Source of the DNA: Vicinamibacterales bacterium
GTDB taxonomy: Bacteria > Acidobacteriota > Vicinamibacteria > Vicinamibacterales > UBA2999
Reading direction: 5' to 3'
Assembly: GCA_050742535.1 (NCBI GenBank)
Contig: JBOGIQ010000002.1
Span: 1,575-65,574, forward strand
DNA length: 64,000 nt
Positions 1 through 13,324 of the stretch are shown here, piece by piece. Below the pieces are notes generated by a model. The model ran no database searches and was not told the origin of the DNA. It saw only the letters and a program-made list of their open reading frames with translations. The first letter of the stretch is position 1. Each line of letters starts with the position of its first letter. The translations under genes were made by a program, and so were the position numbers.

Positions 1-2055
<2,055 letters not shown>

Positions 2056-2125
2056 CCGTGGGGCGAGCCGTGTGAGGCTCGCCTCGCGGACCTGACACGG
2101 TCCGCGCCACAGACTTCAAACTTAC

Positions 2126-4651
2126 ATGACCGCACAGAACGCGAACCGCCTGCCCGTCAACATCGAAGACGAGATGAAGCGCTCGTACATGGATTACGCG
2201 ATGAGCGTAATCATCGGGCGCGCCCTGCCCGACGTACGGGACGGCCTGAAGCCCGCGCACCGGCGCGTGCTCTACGGCATGAAGACGATGGGCCTCTCGT
2301 CGACGCGCGGCTATCGCAAGTGCGCCAAGATCGTCGGCGAGGTGATGGGCAACTATCACCCGCACGGCGACGCCTCGATCTACGACACGCTCGTCCGGCT
2401 GGCGCAGGACTTCAACATGCGCGCGCCGCTCATTGACGGGCAGGGCAACTTCGGTTCCGTCGACGGCGACCCGCCGGCGGCCATGCGCTACACCGAGGCG
2501 CGCCTGAAGGCCCTCGGCGACGAAATGATGACGGATCTCGACAAGGAGACCGTCGACTTCGTCCCCAACTACGACGAGACGACCGAGGAACCCTCGGTGC
2601 TGCCGTCGCCGTTTCCGAACCTGCTGGTCAACGGGTCAGCGGGCATCGCCGTCGGCATGGCCACGAATATCCCTCCGCACAACCTGCGCGAGGTCATCGA
2701 TGCGGTCATCTGGACGATCGAATCGACGTATCAGGAGACGCCGCCATCCGCGGCGGAGCGTCAGCGCAAGCTGCTCGAGCTGGTGCCTGGCCCCGACTTC
2801 CCCACCGGCGGCTATATCGTCGGCCGCTCGGGCGTTCAGCAGGCCTACCTCACCGGCCGCGGCATGGTCATCATGCGCGCCAAGGCCGAAATCGAGGTGT
2901 CCAAGAAGGGCGATCGCCAGTCGATCGTCATCAGCGAGATTCCCTATCAGGTCAACAAGGCGCGCCTCATCGAGCGCATTGCCGACCTGGTGCGCGAGAA
3001 GACCATCGAGGGCATTTCCGACATCCGCGATGAGTCCGACCGCAAGGGAATGAGCATCGTCATCGAGCTGAAGCGCGGCGAAGTGGCGGACGTCATCCTC
3101 AACAATCTCTACAAGCACACCGCGCTGCAGAGCAGCTTCGGCGTGATCATGCTTGCCATCGTCGGCGGCCGGCCGCGCGTGCTCACGCTCGCCGAGCTGC
3201 TCGACAACTTCACCGAGTTCCGCCGCGACGTCGTGCGGCGCCGGACCGAATTCGAGCTGCGCAAGGCCGAGGCGCGGGCGCACATCCTCGAAGGGCTGAA
3301 GATCGCGCTCGACCACCTCGACGCGGTCATTGCGCTGATTCGCGCGGCGAAGAACCCCGGTGAGGCCCGTGAAGGCCTGATGACGCAGTTCGGGCTCACG
3401 CAGATTCAGGCGCAGGCGATCCTCGACATGCAGCTGCAGCGTCTGACGGGACTGGAACGGCAGAAGATCCTCGACGAGCTGGCCGAGCTGCTCAAGACGA
3501 TCGAACGGCTGCGCGCGATTCTGTCGAGCGACAAGATGCTGATGGAGATCGTCGTCCGCGAGCTGCGCGAGGTGCGCGATCGCTACGGCGACGCCCGCCG
3601 CACCGAAATCCTCGCCGAAGCGGGCGAATTCCGGATCGAGGACCTGATCGCCGAAGAGGACATGGCGATCACGGTCAGCAACACCGGCTACATCAAGCGC
3701 ACCGCGATTACGAGCTACCGCAACCAGCGGCGGGGCGGCAAGGGCCGCATCGGCATGCGGACGCGCGAGGAGGACTTCGTCAGCCACCTCTTCGTGGCGT
3801 CCACCCACGCCTACATCATGATTTTCTCGGACCGGGGCCGCGCCTACTGGCTGAAGGTCCATGAAATTCCCGACGTCGGCCCCGACGGCCGCGGCAAGGC
3901 GATCGCCAATCTGGTGTCGATGCAGGAAGGCGAACGGATCGCCGCGCTCCTGGCGGTCAAGGAGTTCGAGGAGAACAAGTTCATCGTGATGGGTACCCGG
4001 CGCGGCGAGGTCAAGAAGACCGAGCTGAACGCCTTCAGCAACCCGCGCGCCGGCGGCATCATTGCGATGGACGTCGAGGAGGGCGACGCGGTCATCGCCG
4101 TCCAGGTGTCGGACGGCAGCAACGAGATCTTCATCGGCACGCGCAACGGGATGTCGATCCGCTTCAGGGAAACGGACGTCCGTTCGATGGGCCGCACGGC
4201 CGGCGGTGTCCGCGGCATCGAGCTCCGCGAAGACGATGAAGTCGTGGCGATGGAAGTGCTCGAGCCCGGCGGCACCATCCTGTCCGTCACCGAGCAGGGC
4301 TACGGCAAACGCACGCAGCTGGAGGAATACCGCGTGCAGTCGCGGGGCGGCCTGGGCATCATCAACATCCAGACCAGCGAGCGGAACGGCAAGGTCGTCG
4401 GCATGGCGCAGGTCCACGACGATGACGAGCTGATGCTGATCACGCAGCAGGGAAAGATCCTGCGCATGGCATCGCGCGACATCCGCACGATCGGCCGCGC
4501 CACCCAGGGGGTCCGGTTGATCGACATCGAGGGCGACGATCGCGCGGTGTCGATCGCACGCCTCGCCGAGAAGGACGACGAGACGGCAAATGGAACCGCC
4601 GAGCCTCCGACCGACAACGGCGGTGCGCCACCGGCGGCGCCGGAGGAATAG
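2126..4651 (+). CDS. gyrA: DNA gyrase subunit A
   Basis: 841 aa. N-terminal [15 protein letters not shown]-type YHPHGD, and catalytic Tyr region [11 protein letters not shown]-terminal repeated beta-pinwheel-like segments and an acidic tail. Confidence 0.97.
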   Translation: MTAQNANRLPVNIEDEMKRSYMDYAMSVIIGRALPDVRDGLKPAHRRVLYGMKTMGLSSTRGYRKCAKIVGEVMGNYHPHGDASIYDTLVRLAQDFNMRAPLIDGQGNFGSVDGDPPAAMRYTEARLKALGDEMMTDLDKETVDFVPNYDETTEEPSVLPSPFPNLLVNGSAGIAVGMATNIPPHNLREVIDAVIWTIESTYQETPPSAAERQRKLLELVPGPDFPTGGYIVGRSGVQQAYLTGRGMVIMRAKAEIEVSKKGDRQSIVISEIPYQVNKARLIERIADLVREKTIEGISDIRDESDRKGMSIVIELKRGEVADVILNNLYKHTALQSSFGVIMLAIVGGRPRVLTLAELLDNFTEFRRDVVRRRTEFELRKAEARAHILEGLKIALDHLDAVIALIRAAKNPGEAREGLMTQFGLTQIQAQAILDMQLQRLTGLERQKILDELAELLKTIERLRAILSSDKMLMEIVVRELREVRDRYGDARRTEILAEAGEFRIEDLIAEEDMAITVSNTGYIKRTAITSYRNQRRGGKGRIGMRTREEDFVSHLFVASTHAYIMIFSDRGRAYWLKVHEIPDVGPDGRGKAIANLVSMQEGERIAALLAVKEFEENKFIVMGTRRGEVKKTELNAFSNPRAGGIIAMDVEEGDAVIAVQVSDGSNEIFIGTRNGMSIRFRETDVRSMGRTAGGVRGIELREDDEVVAMEVLEPGGTILSVTEQGYGKRTQLEEYRVQSRGGLGIINIQTSERNGKVVGMAQVHDDDELMLITQQGKILRMASRDIRTIGRATQGVRLIDIEGDDRAVSIARLAEKDDETANGTAEPPTDNGGAPPAAPEE

Positions 4652-4678
4652 CCGCTGAGGCGGCTCCTTGCCGGCGTC

Positions 4679-5017
4679 GTGTGCGCCGCAGCCATCGGAG
4701 CCATCTCCTGCGGCGTGCTTTCGCCTGAAGAGCAGCTGCTGACGGACTTTTTCGAGGCGTCGCGCGTCTACGACGTCTCGGTGATGTCGCGCCTGTCGGC
4801 GCTTCCGCTCAACCCCAAGACCGACGGGATCGTCGATTCATTCGAGATCGAGCGCGTGGATCGCGCGGACGACGGCACCGAACGGGTGATCGTCACCGCG
4901 AAGGTTCGATCGTTTGGCGGGCAGGTCACCTCTCGCCAGCTGTTGTTCATGCTGACGCGCCGCGACGGCCGCTGGTTCATTCGGGCATGGCACCCCATAA
5001 AGGGCGGCCCTGCGTAG
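4679..5017 (+). CDS. Small hypothetical protein, possible lipoprotein
   Basis: 112-aa ORF (GTG start) beginning CAAAIGAISCG. The in-frame upstream codons (from CTG at 4655: LRRLLAGVV-CAAAIGAISC) would complete a lipoprotein-type signal peptide, so the true start is uncertain. The last ~10 codons run into the palindromic repeat at 4989-5059. No family recognised. Confidence 0.4.
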   Translation: MCAAAIGAISCGVLSPEEQLLTDFFEASRVYDVSVMSRLSALPLNPKTDGIVDSFEIERVDRADDGTERVIVTAKVRSFGGQVTSRQLLFMLTRRDGRWFIRAWHPIKGGPA

Positions 5018-5059
5018 GGCATGCCTTTACTTCACGTAGGGCGCGCCTTCAGGCGTGCC
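4989..5059. repeat. Degenerate copy of the palindromic 3'-end element family (GC hairpin - CTACG box - GC hairpin)
   Basis: Contains ggcgcgcc-ttca-ggcgtgcc (stem with one mismatch) abutting the uvrD stop (cta at 5059-5061), plus cacgtaggg / ccctgcgtaggg boxes and a degenerate second hairpin ggcacccc-ataa-agggcggcc. Architecture matches 7350-7456, 57044-57103 and 58406-58452. Confidence 0.5.
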
Positions 5060-7323
5060 TAGGCGACTTCGAGCTTCGCGAATTTCGCCCGCAGCGTCTT
5101 CTGCCCCACCGAGACAAATTTCACGATCAGCTTCACATCGTCGTCGAGCGGCTCGATGCTCATGATCGTGCCGACACCAAACGCGGGATGCCGGACGCGC
5201 AGGCCCGGCTTCAGGCCCGACGGAACCGACTGATCTTCGTCTTCGTAGGCGTACGCCGGCGATTCCTCGCGGCTCCGGCCGCGGTATCCGCTGCCCTTCC
5301 CGTACGACGTGCCACGGAACTGGGAGAAGGACTGCTGCGGCGTCAGGAATGTCGAGGGGACTTCATCGATCAGGGTGGCGGGAATCTCGTCGATGAACCG
5401 TGACGGGTCGGTGGACTGGTAGTCGCCAAATACGCGCCGGCGGGCCGCCGACGTCAGCACCAGCCGGCGCTGCGCGCGCGTGATCCCGACATAGCAGAGC
5501 CGCCGCTCTTCCTCGAGCTCCGCCTCGTCCTCCGCCGATCGGGAATGAGGGAACAGGCCCTCCTCGAGGCCGGCGATGACGACCACCGGGAATTCCAGTC
5601 CCTTGGCGCTGTGCATGGTCATCATCAGGACGCGCGCGTCCTTCGAGCCTGCTTCTTCGTCCGCGTCCGAGAGCAGCGACAGCTGATCGACGAAACCGGC
5701 AAGCGACGGCTCCGCGGTTCGCGTTTCGTACTCACGCGCCGCGGAGACGAGCTCCATCAGGTTCTCGATGCGGCTCTCCGCCTCCTCGCTCCGCTCCTCG
5801 CGCAGATCCTGCAGATAGCCGCTGCGATCGAGGACTTTGCCGAGCGCGATGGAGACCGACTCCTCCGCCGCCATCGCGGTGAGGTTGACCAGCAGATCGC
5901 GAAATGCCGTGAGCGAGGCTGAGGCGCGTGGCGGCAGCAGGCGGCCTTCGAGGGCGTGCACCAGCCTGGCCCACAGAGAATTGTTCGTGGCAACCGGCTG
6001 AAGCCCGGCAAGCAGCGGCGGCAGCTCCACCTCGTCGCCCAATTCGATCGCGTCGAGCGACTCCATGACTCCCTTGCCGATACCACGAGCAGGGACGTTG
6101 ATCACGCGCCGCAGGCTGACATCGTCATGCGGGTTCAGAACCAGGCGGAGGTAGGCGAGGGAATCCTTGATCTCCTTCCGCTCGTAGAAGCGGACGCCGC
6201 CGATGATCTTGTAGGCGGTTCCCGACCGGCGCAGCGCGTCTTCGACCGTTCGCGACTGGGCGTTGGTTCGATACAGCACCGCGACCGTATTGTCCGGGTC
6301 CGCGTGCAGCGCCGTTCGCGACGTACGGGCAATGAACTCCGCTTCGTCGATGTCGTCGCCGGCGCGGTAGTAGAGGATTCGCGCGCCGCCCGCGCGATCG
6401 GTGTACAGCCGCTTCTCCTTGCGGTGTCGATTCTGCGAGATGACCGCGGACGCCGCGTCCAGGATCACCTGCGTGGAGCGGTAGTTCCGCTCGAGGCGCA
6501 CGATCATCGCCTCGGGAAAGTCCTGTTCGAAATCGAGGATGTTCCGCAGATCCGCGCCGCGCCATTTGTAGATCGACTGATCCGGATCGCCGACGACACA
6601 GAGGTTCCGGTGTGTGCCGGCCAGCTGCTGGATGAGCAGGTACTGCGGCCGGTTGGTGTCCTGGTACTCGTCGACCATCACGAACCGGAACTTGTCGGCG
6701 TATCGCTCGCGCACGGCCGGAGCCTTGTCGAACAGCTCCACGGTGCGGAGCAGCAGATCGTCGAAGTCGAGAGCATTCGCGTCCTTCAGTCGCTGAACGT
6801 AGAGCTCGTACAGCTTGCCGATCTGCGCGTCCTTCGGGTTCCACGAGTTCGCGGTGAACGACTCCGGGCCTTCCATCCTGTTCTTGGCGTGGCTGATCCG
6901 CGAGAGCGCCAGGCGCGGCTGCAGCGTGCTGTCGTCCACGCCGATGTCGCGCAAGGCCTGCTTCATCAGCGTGAGCTGGTCGGTCGAGTCGTAGATCACG
7001 AAGTCGCGCGAGAGACCGATATGCGGCGCCTCGCGCCGCAGGAGCCGGGCGCACAGCGCATGAAACGTGGAGATCCACATGCGCTGGCAGTCGACGCGCA
7101 GGAGTGTTTCGACGCGAGTACGCATCTCGCCCGCCGCCTTGTTCGTGAACGTGACGGCGAGAACACGATCGGGTTCGGCGAACTGTTCGCTGACGAGGTA
7201 TGCGATGCGGTGAGCGATGACGCGGGTTTTTCCGGATCCGGCGCCAGCCAGAATCAGCAGCGGGCCTTCCGTCTTGAGGACAGCTTCCTGTTGTTCGGGA
7301 TTGAGGCTGGAGAGAAGGTCCAA
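5059..7323 (-). CDS. uvrD: ATP-dependent DNA helicase, UvrD/PcrA family
   Basis: 754 aa. Walker A AGAGSGKTRV, motif II VDEYQDTN, TMHSAKGLEF and YVGITRA near the C-terminus. Confidence 0.93.
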   Translation of the reverse strand: MDLLSSLNPEQQEAVLKTEGPLLILAGAGSGKTRVIAHRIAYLVSEQFAEPDRVLAVTFTNKAAGEMRTRVETLLRVDCQRMWISTFHALCARLLRREAPHIGLSRDFVIYDSTDQLTLMKQALRDIGVDDSTLQPRLALSRISHAKNRMEGPESFTANSWNPKDAQIGKLYELYVQRLKDANALDFDDLLLRTVELFDKAPAVRERYADKFRFVMVDEYQDTNRPQYLLIQQLAGTHRNLCVVGDPDQSIYKWRGADLRNILDFEQDFPEAMIVRLERNYRSTQVILDAASAVISQNRHRKEKRLYTDRAGGARILYYRAGDDIDEAEFIARTSRTALHADPDNTVAVLYRTNAQSRTVEDALRRSGTAYKIIGGVRFYERKEIKDSLAYLRLVLNPHDDVSLRRVINVPARGIGKGVMESLDAIELGDEVELPPLLAGLQPVATNNSLWARLVHALEGRLLPPRASASLTAFRDLLVNLTAMAAEESVSIALGKVLDRSGYLQDLREERSEEAESRIENLMELVSAAREYETRTAEPSLAGFVDQLSLLSDADEEAGSKDARVLMMTMHSAKGLEFPVVVIAGLEEGLFPHSRSAEDEAELEEERRLCYVGITRAQRRLVLTSAARRRVFGDYQSTDPSRFIDEIPATLIDEVPSTFLTPQQSFSQFRGTSYGKGSGYRGRSREESPAYAYEDEDQSVPSGLKPGLRVRHPAFGVGTIMSIEPLDDDVKLIVKFVSVGQKTLRAKFAKLEVA

Positions 7324-7349
7324 GCCTCTATTCTAGCGTCGTCCTCCTG

Positions 7350-7456
7350 GTCCGCCTGAAGGCGGACACTACGAACGCGGCGGACACTACGAACGCGGCG
7401 GACACTACGAACGCGGCGGACACTACGACCGACGTAGTGTCCGGCTTTAGCCGGAC
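7350..7456. repeat. Palindromic 3'-end element with an internal 18-bp tandem expansion
   Basis: Hairpin gtccgcc-tgaa-ggcggac (7350-7367). The 18-bp unit ggcggacactacgaacgc repeats 3 times plus a partial 4th (7361-7429). Inverted repeat ggacactacg/cgtagtgtcc (7418-7442). Hairpin gtccggc-ttta-gccggac (7439-7456) directly abuts the glmS stop codon (7457-7459). Ends are near-identical to 57044-57103. Confidence 0.85.
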
Positions 7457-9301
7457 CTATTCCACGGTGACCGACTTGGCCAGGTTGCGCGGCTGATCGA
7501 CGTCGCAGCCGCGCCTGACGGCGATGTGATACGCGAGCAGCTGCAGCGGAATCGTCATGACAATCGGTGTCAGCATCGCCTCGGTGCGCGGCATCGCCAG
7601 AAGGACGTCGTGCTGCGGGTCGAGGATCGCCGCCATTCGAGCGTCCCCTTCGCTGGTAATCGCGATCACCGAACCGCCGCGCGCCTTGGCCTCCTGGACG
7701 TTGCCGACGATTTTTTCGAAGACGTGGTCGTCGGGCGCGATCGCCACCACCGGCATCCTCTCGTCGATGAGGGCGATCGGTCCGTGCTTCATTTCCCCGG
7801 CCGGGTATCCCTCGGCGTGAATGTAGGAAATCTCCTTCAGCTTGAGCGCGCCTTCGAGCGCGATCGGGTAATTGATTCCGCGCCCGAGAAACAGGAAGTC
7901 CGTACGGTTATAGAACTTCTCCGCGATCCGTTCGGTGGCCGCGGAGGCCTTGATCGCCTGCTCGACGATTTGCGGCAGCTGCAGAAGCTTCTCGATGTGG
8001 GTGCGCACCTCCGACGTCGACAGCGTCCCGCGGACCTGGGCCATGTGGAGGGCCAGGAGCTGCAGCGCGACAAGCTGCGAGGTGAACGCCTTGGTCGATG
8101 CCACGCCAATCTCCGGTCCGGCATGTGTATAGACGGTGCCGTCGGCCTCGCGCGTGGCCATGCTGCCCACGACGTTGCAGATGGCAATGCTGCTGGCGCC
8201 TTTGCGTTTGCTTTCGCGCAGCGCCGCCAGCGTGTCGGCGGTCTCCCCCGACTGCGTGATGACGATTGCCAGCTCGTTGTCCGACACGATTGGATCGCGG
8301 TAGCGGTACTCGGAGCCGTAATCGACCTCGACGGGCACGTGCGCCAGTGCCTCAATGAGGTATTTGCCCACCAGGCCGGCATGCCAGGACGTGCCGCAGG
8401 CGATCACCGTGACCTTCTGCAGGCTGCGGAATTTCTCGTCCGGGATGTTCAGGTCGGCGAGGAAGATCCGTCCCCTGTCGAGCGAGACGCGGCCGAGGAC
8501 GGTGTCGCGCGCGGCGGACGGCTGCTCATAGATTTCCTTGAGCATGAAGTGCTTGTGGCCGCCCTTCTCCGCCGCAATCGGATCCCACATCACGCGCTGC
8601 GTTGTCTTCGAGACCGCGCGCCCGTCGTAATCGGTGAAGTCGACGCCGGAGCGGGTAATGACGGCCATCTCCTCGTCGCCGAGGAACACGACATCGCGCG
8701 TGTGGCTCAGAATGGCGGGGATGTCGGAGGCGACGAAGAATTCGTCCTTGCCCAGGCCGACGACAATCGGCGGCCCGTTGCGGACGGCAACGATCTTCTC
8801 GGGATCCTCGGCGGACACCAGCACCAGCGCGAACATGCCGCGCATCAGTTTGAGCGCACGCCGCACGGCGTTCTCGAGGCCATCCGTCTTCATCTCGCGT
8901 TCGACGAGATGGGCGACGATCTCGGTGTCGGTCTCGGTCTTGAAGTCATGTCCCTGGCGCTGCAGCTCCGCCTTCAGCTCCAGGTAGTTCTCGATGATCC
9001 CGTTGTGAACGACGACGATGCGGCCGGTGCAGTCACGGTGCGGATGGGCGTTTTCTTCCGTCGGCCGTCCGTGCGTGGCCCATCGCGTGTGACCCACACC
9101 GTACAGCCCGTCGACCGGTTCGGTCTTGATCGTCTGTTCGAGGTTCGAGAGCTTCCCGGCGGATCGTCGCAGCTCGATTCCATGCTCACCGACCAGCGCC
9201 ACGCCCGCGGAGTCGTAGCCGCGGTACTCCATGCGCCGCAGGCCGTCCAGCAGCACAGGCACGACTGGTTTCGAACCGATGTAGCCGATGATCCCGCACA
9301 T
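7457..9301 (-). CDS. glmS: Glutamine--fructose-6-phosphate aminotransferase (isomerising)
   Basis: 614 aa. N-terminal nucleophile MCGIIGY, tandem SIS-domain region, canonical C-terminus KSVTVE. Confidence 0.97.
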   Translation of the reverse strand: MCGIIGYIGSKPVVPVLLDGLRRMEYRGYDSAGVALVGEHGIELRRSAGKLSNLEQTIKTEPVDGLYGVGHTRWATHGRPTEENAHPHRDCTGRIVVVHNGIIENYLELKAELQRQGHDFKTETDTEIVAHLVEREMKTDGLENAVRRALKLMRGMFALVLVSAEDPEKIVAVRNGPPIVVGLGKDEFFVASDIPAILSHTRDVVFLGDEEMAVITRSGVDFTDYDGRAVSKTTQRVMWDPIAAEKGGHKHFMLKEIYEQPSAARDTVLGRVSLDRGRIFLADLNIPDEKFRSLQKVTVIACGTSWHAGLVGKYLIEALAHVPVEVDYGSEYRYRDPIVSDNELAIVITQSGETADTLAALRESKRKGASSIAICNVVGSMATREADGTVYTHAGPEIGVASTKAFTSQLVALQLLALHMAQVRGTLSTSEVRTHIEKLLQLPQIVEQAIKASAATERIAEKFYNRTDFLFLGRGINYPIALEGALKLKEISYIHAEGYPAGEMKHGPIALIDERMPVVAIAPDDHVFEKIVGNVQEAKARGGSVIAITSEGDARMAAILDPQHDVLLAMPRTEAMLTPIVMTIPLQLLAYHIAVRRGCDVDQPRNLAKSVTVE

Positions 9302-9318
9302 AACCGATCTCTCCCCCG

Positions 9319-10719
9319 TTACTCCTTCGCCGCGGTGCCCCGTTTGCGCGCGACCCAGCCCTCGATGTTTCGCTGCTTGCCGGCGCTGACGGCGAGGGCG
9401 CCGGACGGCACGTCTTCCCGCACGGTCGTGCCGGTTCCCACATAAGCGCCCCGCCCGATGGTGACCGGCGCGATGAGCTGCGTGTCGCTGCCGATGAATG
9501 CGCCGTCTTCGATGGACGTCTGGTGCTTCGTCTGGCCGTCGTAGTTGCAGATGATCGTGCCCGCACCGATATTGACGTTCGCGCCGACGGTGGCGTCACC
9601 GAGGTACGCGAGGTGATTGGCTTTCGACCCGGCTCCGAGCGTCGTTTTCTTCAATTCCACGAAATTCCCGACGCGGGCCTTTTCTCCGACAACCGATTCG
9701 GGCCGCAGATGAGCAAACGGTCCAACCGCCGCGCCTTCTGCAACACTCGAACCAACGATCAGGCAGAAACTGTTCACGGAGACGTGCGCGCCGATGGTCG
9801 AATCCACAATCCGCACGTGCGCCTGGATTTCACAGGCTGGGCCAATCCGGGTCTGCCCTTCGATCACCACCCCCGGATGAATGACCGTGTCGGGGCCGAT
9901 TTCCACGCCGGCATCGATATAGGTCGTCGCGGGATCGACGAGCGTGACTCCAGCGGCCATCAGTTCTTCGTTCTTGTTCTGTCTCACGATTCTGCTCACT
10001 TCCGCGAGTTCCGTGCGGCTGTTGATGCCGCGGATCTCATCCGGGTTGTCGACCATCAGCGTCTCGACCGTCAGTTTGCGGCGCCGGTAGATGGCCACCA
10101 AATCCGTCAGGTAATACTCCCCTTGCGCGTTCTGTGAGGCGATGCCGCGCAGCGCCTCGAACAGCCCGTCGAGGTCGAACGCGTAGATCCCGCCGTTTAT
10201 TTCGCGAATCCGACGTTGACTCGGCGAAGCATCCCGCTCCTCGACGATCCGGACGATCCGGCCCTTCGATCTCACAACCCGGCCATAGCCGTAGGGCCGC
10301 TCGACTGTGGCCGTGACGACAGTGGCTGCGGCTGCGGCGCCACGGTGAGTTGCCACGAGCCGTTGCAGCGTGGCGGGCCGGAGCAACGGGACGTCTCCAG
10401 AGAGCAGCACAGCAGTCCCCGAGAGGCCCCGCAGGACGGGTTCCGTCTGCTGGAGCGCGTGCGCGGTTCCCAGCTGGGGCTCCTGAACGACGATCTGGAC
10501 GTTCTCGCGGCCGCGCAGATGGTTCTTGATGTGATCGGCCTTATGACCAACCACGACCGTCACGCTAGAAGGCGAGAGGGTCTCAGCCGCGTCCAGAACA
10601 TGGTCGACCATCGCCCACCCGGAGAGCTTGTGGAGCACCTTGGGTAGACTTGACTTCATGCGCGTGCCTTGGCCGGCGGCCAGGACCACGACGTGAGTGG
10701 CATTATTTGGTCGAGTCAC
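9319..10719 (-). CDS. glmU: Bifunctional UDP-N-acetylglucosamine pyrophosphorylase / glucosamine-1-phosphate N-acetyltransferase
   Basis: 466 aa. [18 protein letters not shown] nucleotidyltransferase motif and C-terminal left-handed beta-helix hexapeptide repeats. Lies 17 nt upstream of glmS. Confidence 0.95.
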   Translation of the reverse strand: MTRPNNATHVVVLAAGQGTRMKSSLPKVLHKLSGWAMVDHVLDAAETLSPSSVTVVVGHKADHIKNHLRGRENVQIVVQEPQLGTAHALQQTEPVLRGLSGTAVLLSGDVPLLRPATLQRLVATHRGAAAAATVVTATVERPYGYGRVVRSKGRIVRIVEERDASPSQRRIREINGGIYAFDLDGLFEALRGIASQNAQGEYYLTDLVAIYRRRKLTVETLMVDNPDEIRGINSRTELAEVSRIVRQNKNEELMAAGVTLVDPATTYIDAGVEIGPDTVIHPGVVIEGQTRIGPACEIQAHVRIVDSTIGAHVSVNSFCLIVGSSVAEGAAVGPFAHLRPESVVGEKARVGNFVELKKTTLGAGSKANHLAYLGDATVGANVNIGAGTIICNYDGQTKHQTSIEDGAFIGSDTQLIAPVTIGRGAYVGTGTTVREDVPSGALAVSAGKQRNIEGWVARKRGTAAKE

Positions 10720-11558
10720 CTATGTTTGACCCGTTCGATGGCGGCGTAGACATCTCTGGAAGGCAATCCCAGACGTTTGGCTGTAGCCGAGACGGCCTCG
10801 CGCCGCGTCATACTGCCTGATTCTGTTATTAGACCAAATTCGCTGGCAATGGCTTCGTCGCTCCGGTGCGCGGCGGGAACGACTCTTTTGGTTAAAGGAC
10901 CAATAACTACCGTAAATTCGCCTTTCTGAGCGGATTGCAGCTGGGTGGCTACTTCGGATGCACTGCCGCGGAGGAACTGCTGATGCACCTTTGTGAGTTC
11001 CCGCGCGACACAAATTGGTCTATTGCCCAACTCTGTCGCCACAGACAGCAAGGTATTACTGATCCGATGCGGTGCCTCGAAGAACGTCACCGTATTAGCA
11101 ACCTTACAAATGGCTTTAAACCAAGCACTTCTGTCGTTTGCCCGTCGTGGCGGGAACCCAAGTATCGTTAACGGTATCAATGGGAACCCTGAGGCGACCG
11201 CTGCCGCCAATGGCGCGCTCACGCCTGGTATCGGATCGACGGTACCCCCGGCTTCAATGCAGGCCTGCACCAGCTCTGTCCCGGGATCGGAAATGCCGGG
11301 TGTTCCCGCGTCCGTGACCAGCGCAACCGACTCTCCGCGCTGAAGGCGCGTGATCAGCTGCGGCAGCCGTGTACGCGTATTGTGCTCGTGAAAACTGACC
11401 GTCGGTGTCGAGATAGCGTGGCGCGCCAGAAGCCGGGCCGTACGCCGCGTATCCTCGGCCGCAATCACCTGCACCTCGCGCAGGACGCGCAGCGCGCGCA
11501 ACGTGATGTCCTCCAGATTGCCAATTGGCGTTGCGACGACGAAGAGAGTGCCCGGCAT
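10716..11558 (-). CDS. rsmI: 16S rRNA (cytidine1402-2'-O)-methyltransferase
   Basis: GTLFVVATPIGNLEDITLRALRVL and AAEDTRRT motifs. I place the start at the internal ATG (MPGTLF, 11558) because the first 31 codons of the 311-aa ORF (to 11651) are Arg/Ser-rich and absent from RsmI. The 4-nt overlap with the glmU start suggests an operon. Confidence 0.88.
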   Translation of the reverse strand: MPGTLFVVATPIGNLEDITLRALRVLREVQVIAAEDTRRTARLLARHAISTPTVSFHEHNTRTRLPQLITRLQRGESVALVTDAGTPGISDPGTELVQACIEAGGTVDPIPGVSAPLAAAVASGFPLIPLTILGFPPRRANDRSAWFKAICKVANTVTFFEAPHRISNTLLSVATELGNRPICVARELTKVHQQFLRGSASEVATQLQSAQKGEFTVVIGPLTKRVVPAAHRSDEAIASEFGLITESGSMTRREAVSATAKRLGLPSRDVYAAIERVKHR

Positions 11559-11663
11559 GTCGGGTCGGACGCCCGCGCAGGCGTGTCTCGAGCGGGTGGT
11601 TATTGTACCATCGGGAGATGCGCGCTCACGGACGGACGAGACCGAGCGCAACTATGACCGGGC

Positions 11664-13322
11664 ATGTACCCATCGGAGCCTTTTCCGCACTTCGTCGACG
11701 ATTACCTCGCGTACCTGTATGAGGTGCTTCCCACCCAGGCCAGCCTGGATGGAGTCCATTTACACGACGATCTGCTGGAGGACTTGAGCCGCCCGGCCGT
11801 CGACGCCAACGTCCGCGCGCTGTCGGGATTCGGCCGCCGGCTCAATCAGATCGATTCGTCGCTGCTCTCGCCGGTCCAGCAGGTCGAGCACCGGATCGTC
11901 GGCGCGAACATCGAATCGCGGATGTACGAGCTCGAGGCAATCCGGACGTGGGACCGGAATCCGCAGATCTACTCGGACGCGCTGGGGATGAGCCTGGCCG
12001 GGCAGGCGCTGTTCGCGTACTCCCCGGAGGCGGAGCGGGCACGCCGCGTCGTGTCCAAGCTTCGTCAGGTGCCACGCCTGGTCCAGGCAGCCCGGGAAAA
12101 CATCAAGGAGACGCCTGGCATCTTCGTCAAGGTGGGGCTCGAAGCGTGGCGGGGCGCGCTGAAGTTCATCGAAAGCGATCTGCCGCGGGCGTTTTCAACG
12201 CTCGACGATCTGCACATCCTCGGAGATCTCGCGGATACATCGACCGAAGCGGCTGCCGCGGTTTCGTCCTATATCGACTATCTGGAGAACGACCTGGCTC
12301 CACGGGCAAAGGCCTCGTTCCGGCTCGGTCGCGAGCGCTTCGAGCAGAAACTGAAAACCGAGGAAGGCATCACCCTGTCCGCCGACCGGCTGCTGACGAT
12401 TGCACTCCGCGAGCTTCACGAAGTGCAGGAGGAGTTCCGCAGCGTGGCCAGCCGGCTCGATGGCGGTGATCCGCTCGAGGTCTGGCGCAAGGCGAAGGAC
12501 GATCATCCGGCACCCGGCACGCTGGTGTCAGTGGCGCAGTCGCATTTGCAGGAGCTCGAAGCCTTCCTCCAGCGGCAGGCCATCGTGACCGTACCGGCGG
12601 GGGAGCCGGTGGTCGTCGCGCCCACGCCCGAGTTCTTCCGCTGGGCCTTTGCGAGCATGTGGACGCCGGGTCCGTTCGAGCCGAAGCCGAGCCGTGCCTA
12701 TTACTACCTGACGGACGTCGATCGAAGCTGGCCGCCGGACCGCCAGAAAGAGCACCTGCGCGACTTCAATCTGCCCGCGCTGTGGAGCATTTCGATCCAC
12801 GAGGTCTACCCGGGCCACTTCCTGCAGGCGCAGCATTCGCGGCAGGTCGAGTCGAAAGTCCGCAGGTCAACGCTGCTCGCCTCGAACGCCTTCGTCGAAG
12901 GCTGGGCGCATTACTGCGAGCAGATGATGATGGAGGCGGGCTTCCGCCGCGGCGACGCCACGCTGCGGCTGGGCCAGCTCGCCGAAGCGCTGATCCGCCT
13001 GGCGCGATTCGTTGTCGGCATTCGCCTTCACTGCGAGGATCTGTCGGTGGAGCAGGGGATGCGGTTCTTCAGGGACGAAGCGTTTCTCGAAGAGGCCACT
13101 GCCCGCCGCGAAGCCGAGCGTGGGACCTTCGACCCGGGATACATCGTGTATTCGCTTGGCAAGCTGATGATGCTGAAGCTGCGCCACGACTATCAGGAGC
13201 AGCTCGAGGGCAAGTTTTCGCTGCGCACGTTTCACGACGCGGTGCTCGCCCAGGGGACGGCCCCGCTGTGGGCCCACCGGCGCCTGCTGTTGAACGACGC
13301 CACCGACGCGACGTTGGAGTAG
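11664..13322 (+). CDS. DUF885 family protein (putative metallopeptidase-like)
   Basis: 552 aa. Overall DUF885-like layout with the HEVYPGHFLQ (HExxPGH) motif near the C-terminal third. Confidence 0.8.
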   Translation: MYPSEPFPHFVDDYLAYLYEVLPTQASLDGVHLHDDLLEDLSRPAVDANVRALSGFGRRLNQIDSSLLSPVQQVEHRIVGANIESRMYELEAIRTWDRNPQIYSDALGMSLAGQALFAYSPEAERARRVVSKLRQVPRLVQAARENIKETPGIFVKVGLEAWRGALKFIESDLPRAFSTLDDLHILGDLADTSTEAAAAVSSYIDYLENDLAPRAKASFRLGRERFEQKLKTEEGITLSADRLLTIALRELHEVQEEFRSVASRLDGGDPLEVWRKAKDDHPAPGTLVSVAQSHLQELEAFLQRQAIVTVPAGEPVVVAPTPEFFRWAFASMWTPGPFEPKPSRAYYYLTDVDRSWPPDRQKEHLRDFNLPALWSISIHEVYPGHFLQAQHSRQVESKVRRSTLLASNAFVEGWAHYCEQMMMEAGFRRGDATLRLGQLAEALIRLARFVVGIRLHCEDLSVEQGMRFFRDEAFLEEATARREAERGTFDPGYIVYSLGKLMMLKLRHDYQEQLEGKFSLRTFHDAVLAQGTAPLWAHRRLLLNDATDATLE

Positions 13323-13324
13323 CG

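Noticed and set aside
2636-4417. 593-aa ORF on the minus strand inside gyrA
   Set aside because: It is entirely antisense to a very well supported gyrA. Its Ala/Arg/Asp/Leu-rich, low-complexity composition is typical of shadow frames in GC-rich DNA, and it has no recognisable motif.
5956-7359. 467-aa plus-strand ORF antisense to uvrD; likewise 6125-7078 (minus strand, alternative frame)
   Set aside because: These are shadow ORFs of the UvrD/PcrA gene. They are Arg/Val/Asp-rich with no motifs, and the helicase frame carries all the conserved signatures.
7361-7432. Tandem 18-bp repeats considered as a mini CRISPR array
   Set aside because: The repeats are directly contiguous with no unique spacers, there are only about 3.7 copies, no cas genes are in the window, and the unit is part of the palindromic element family.
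9302-9318. Possible glmS ribozyme/riboswitch upstream of glmS
   Set aside because: Only 17 nt separate glmU and glmS on the same strand, which leaves no room for the ~170-nt ribozyme.
7526-9445. 639-aa plus-strand ORF antisense to glmS and the 3' end of glmU
   Set aside because: Shadow frame of two strongly supported genes. It crosses their intergenic gap, which a real gene would be unlikely to do.
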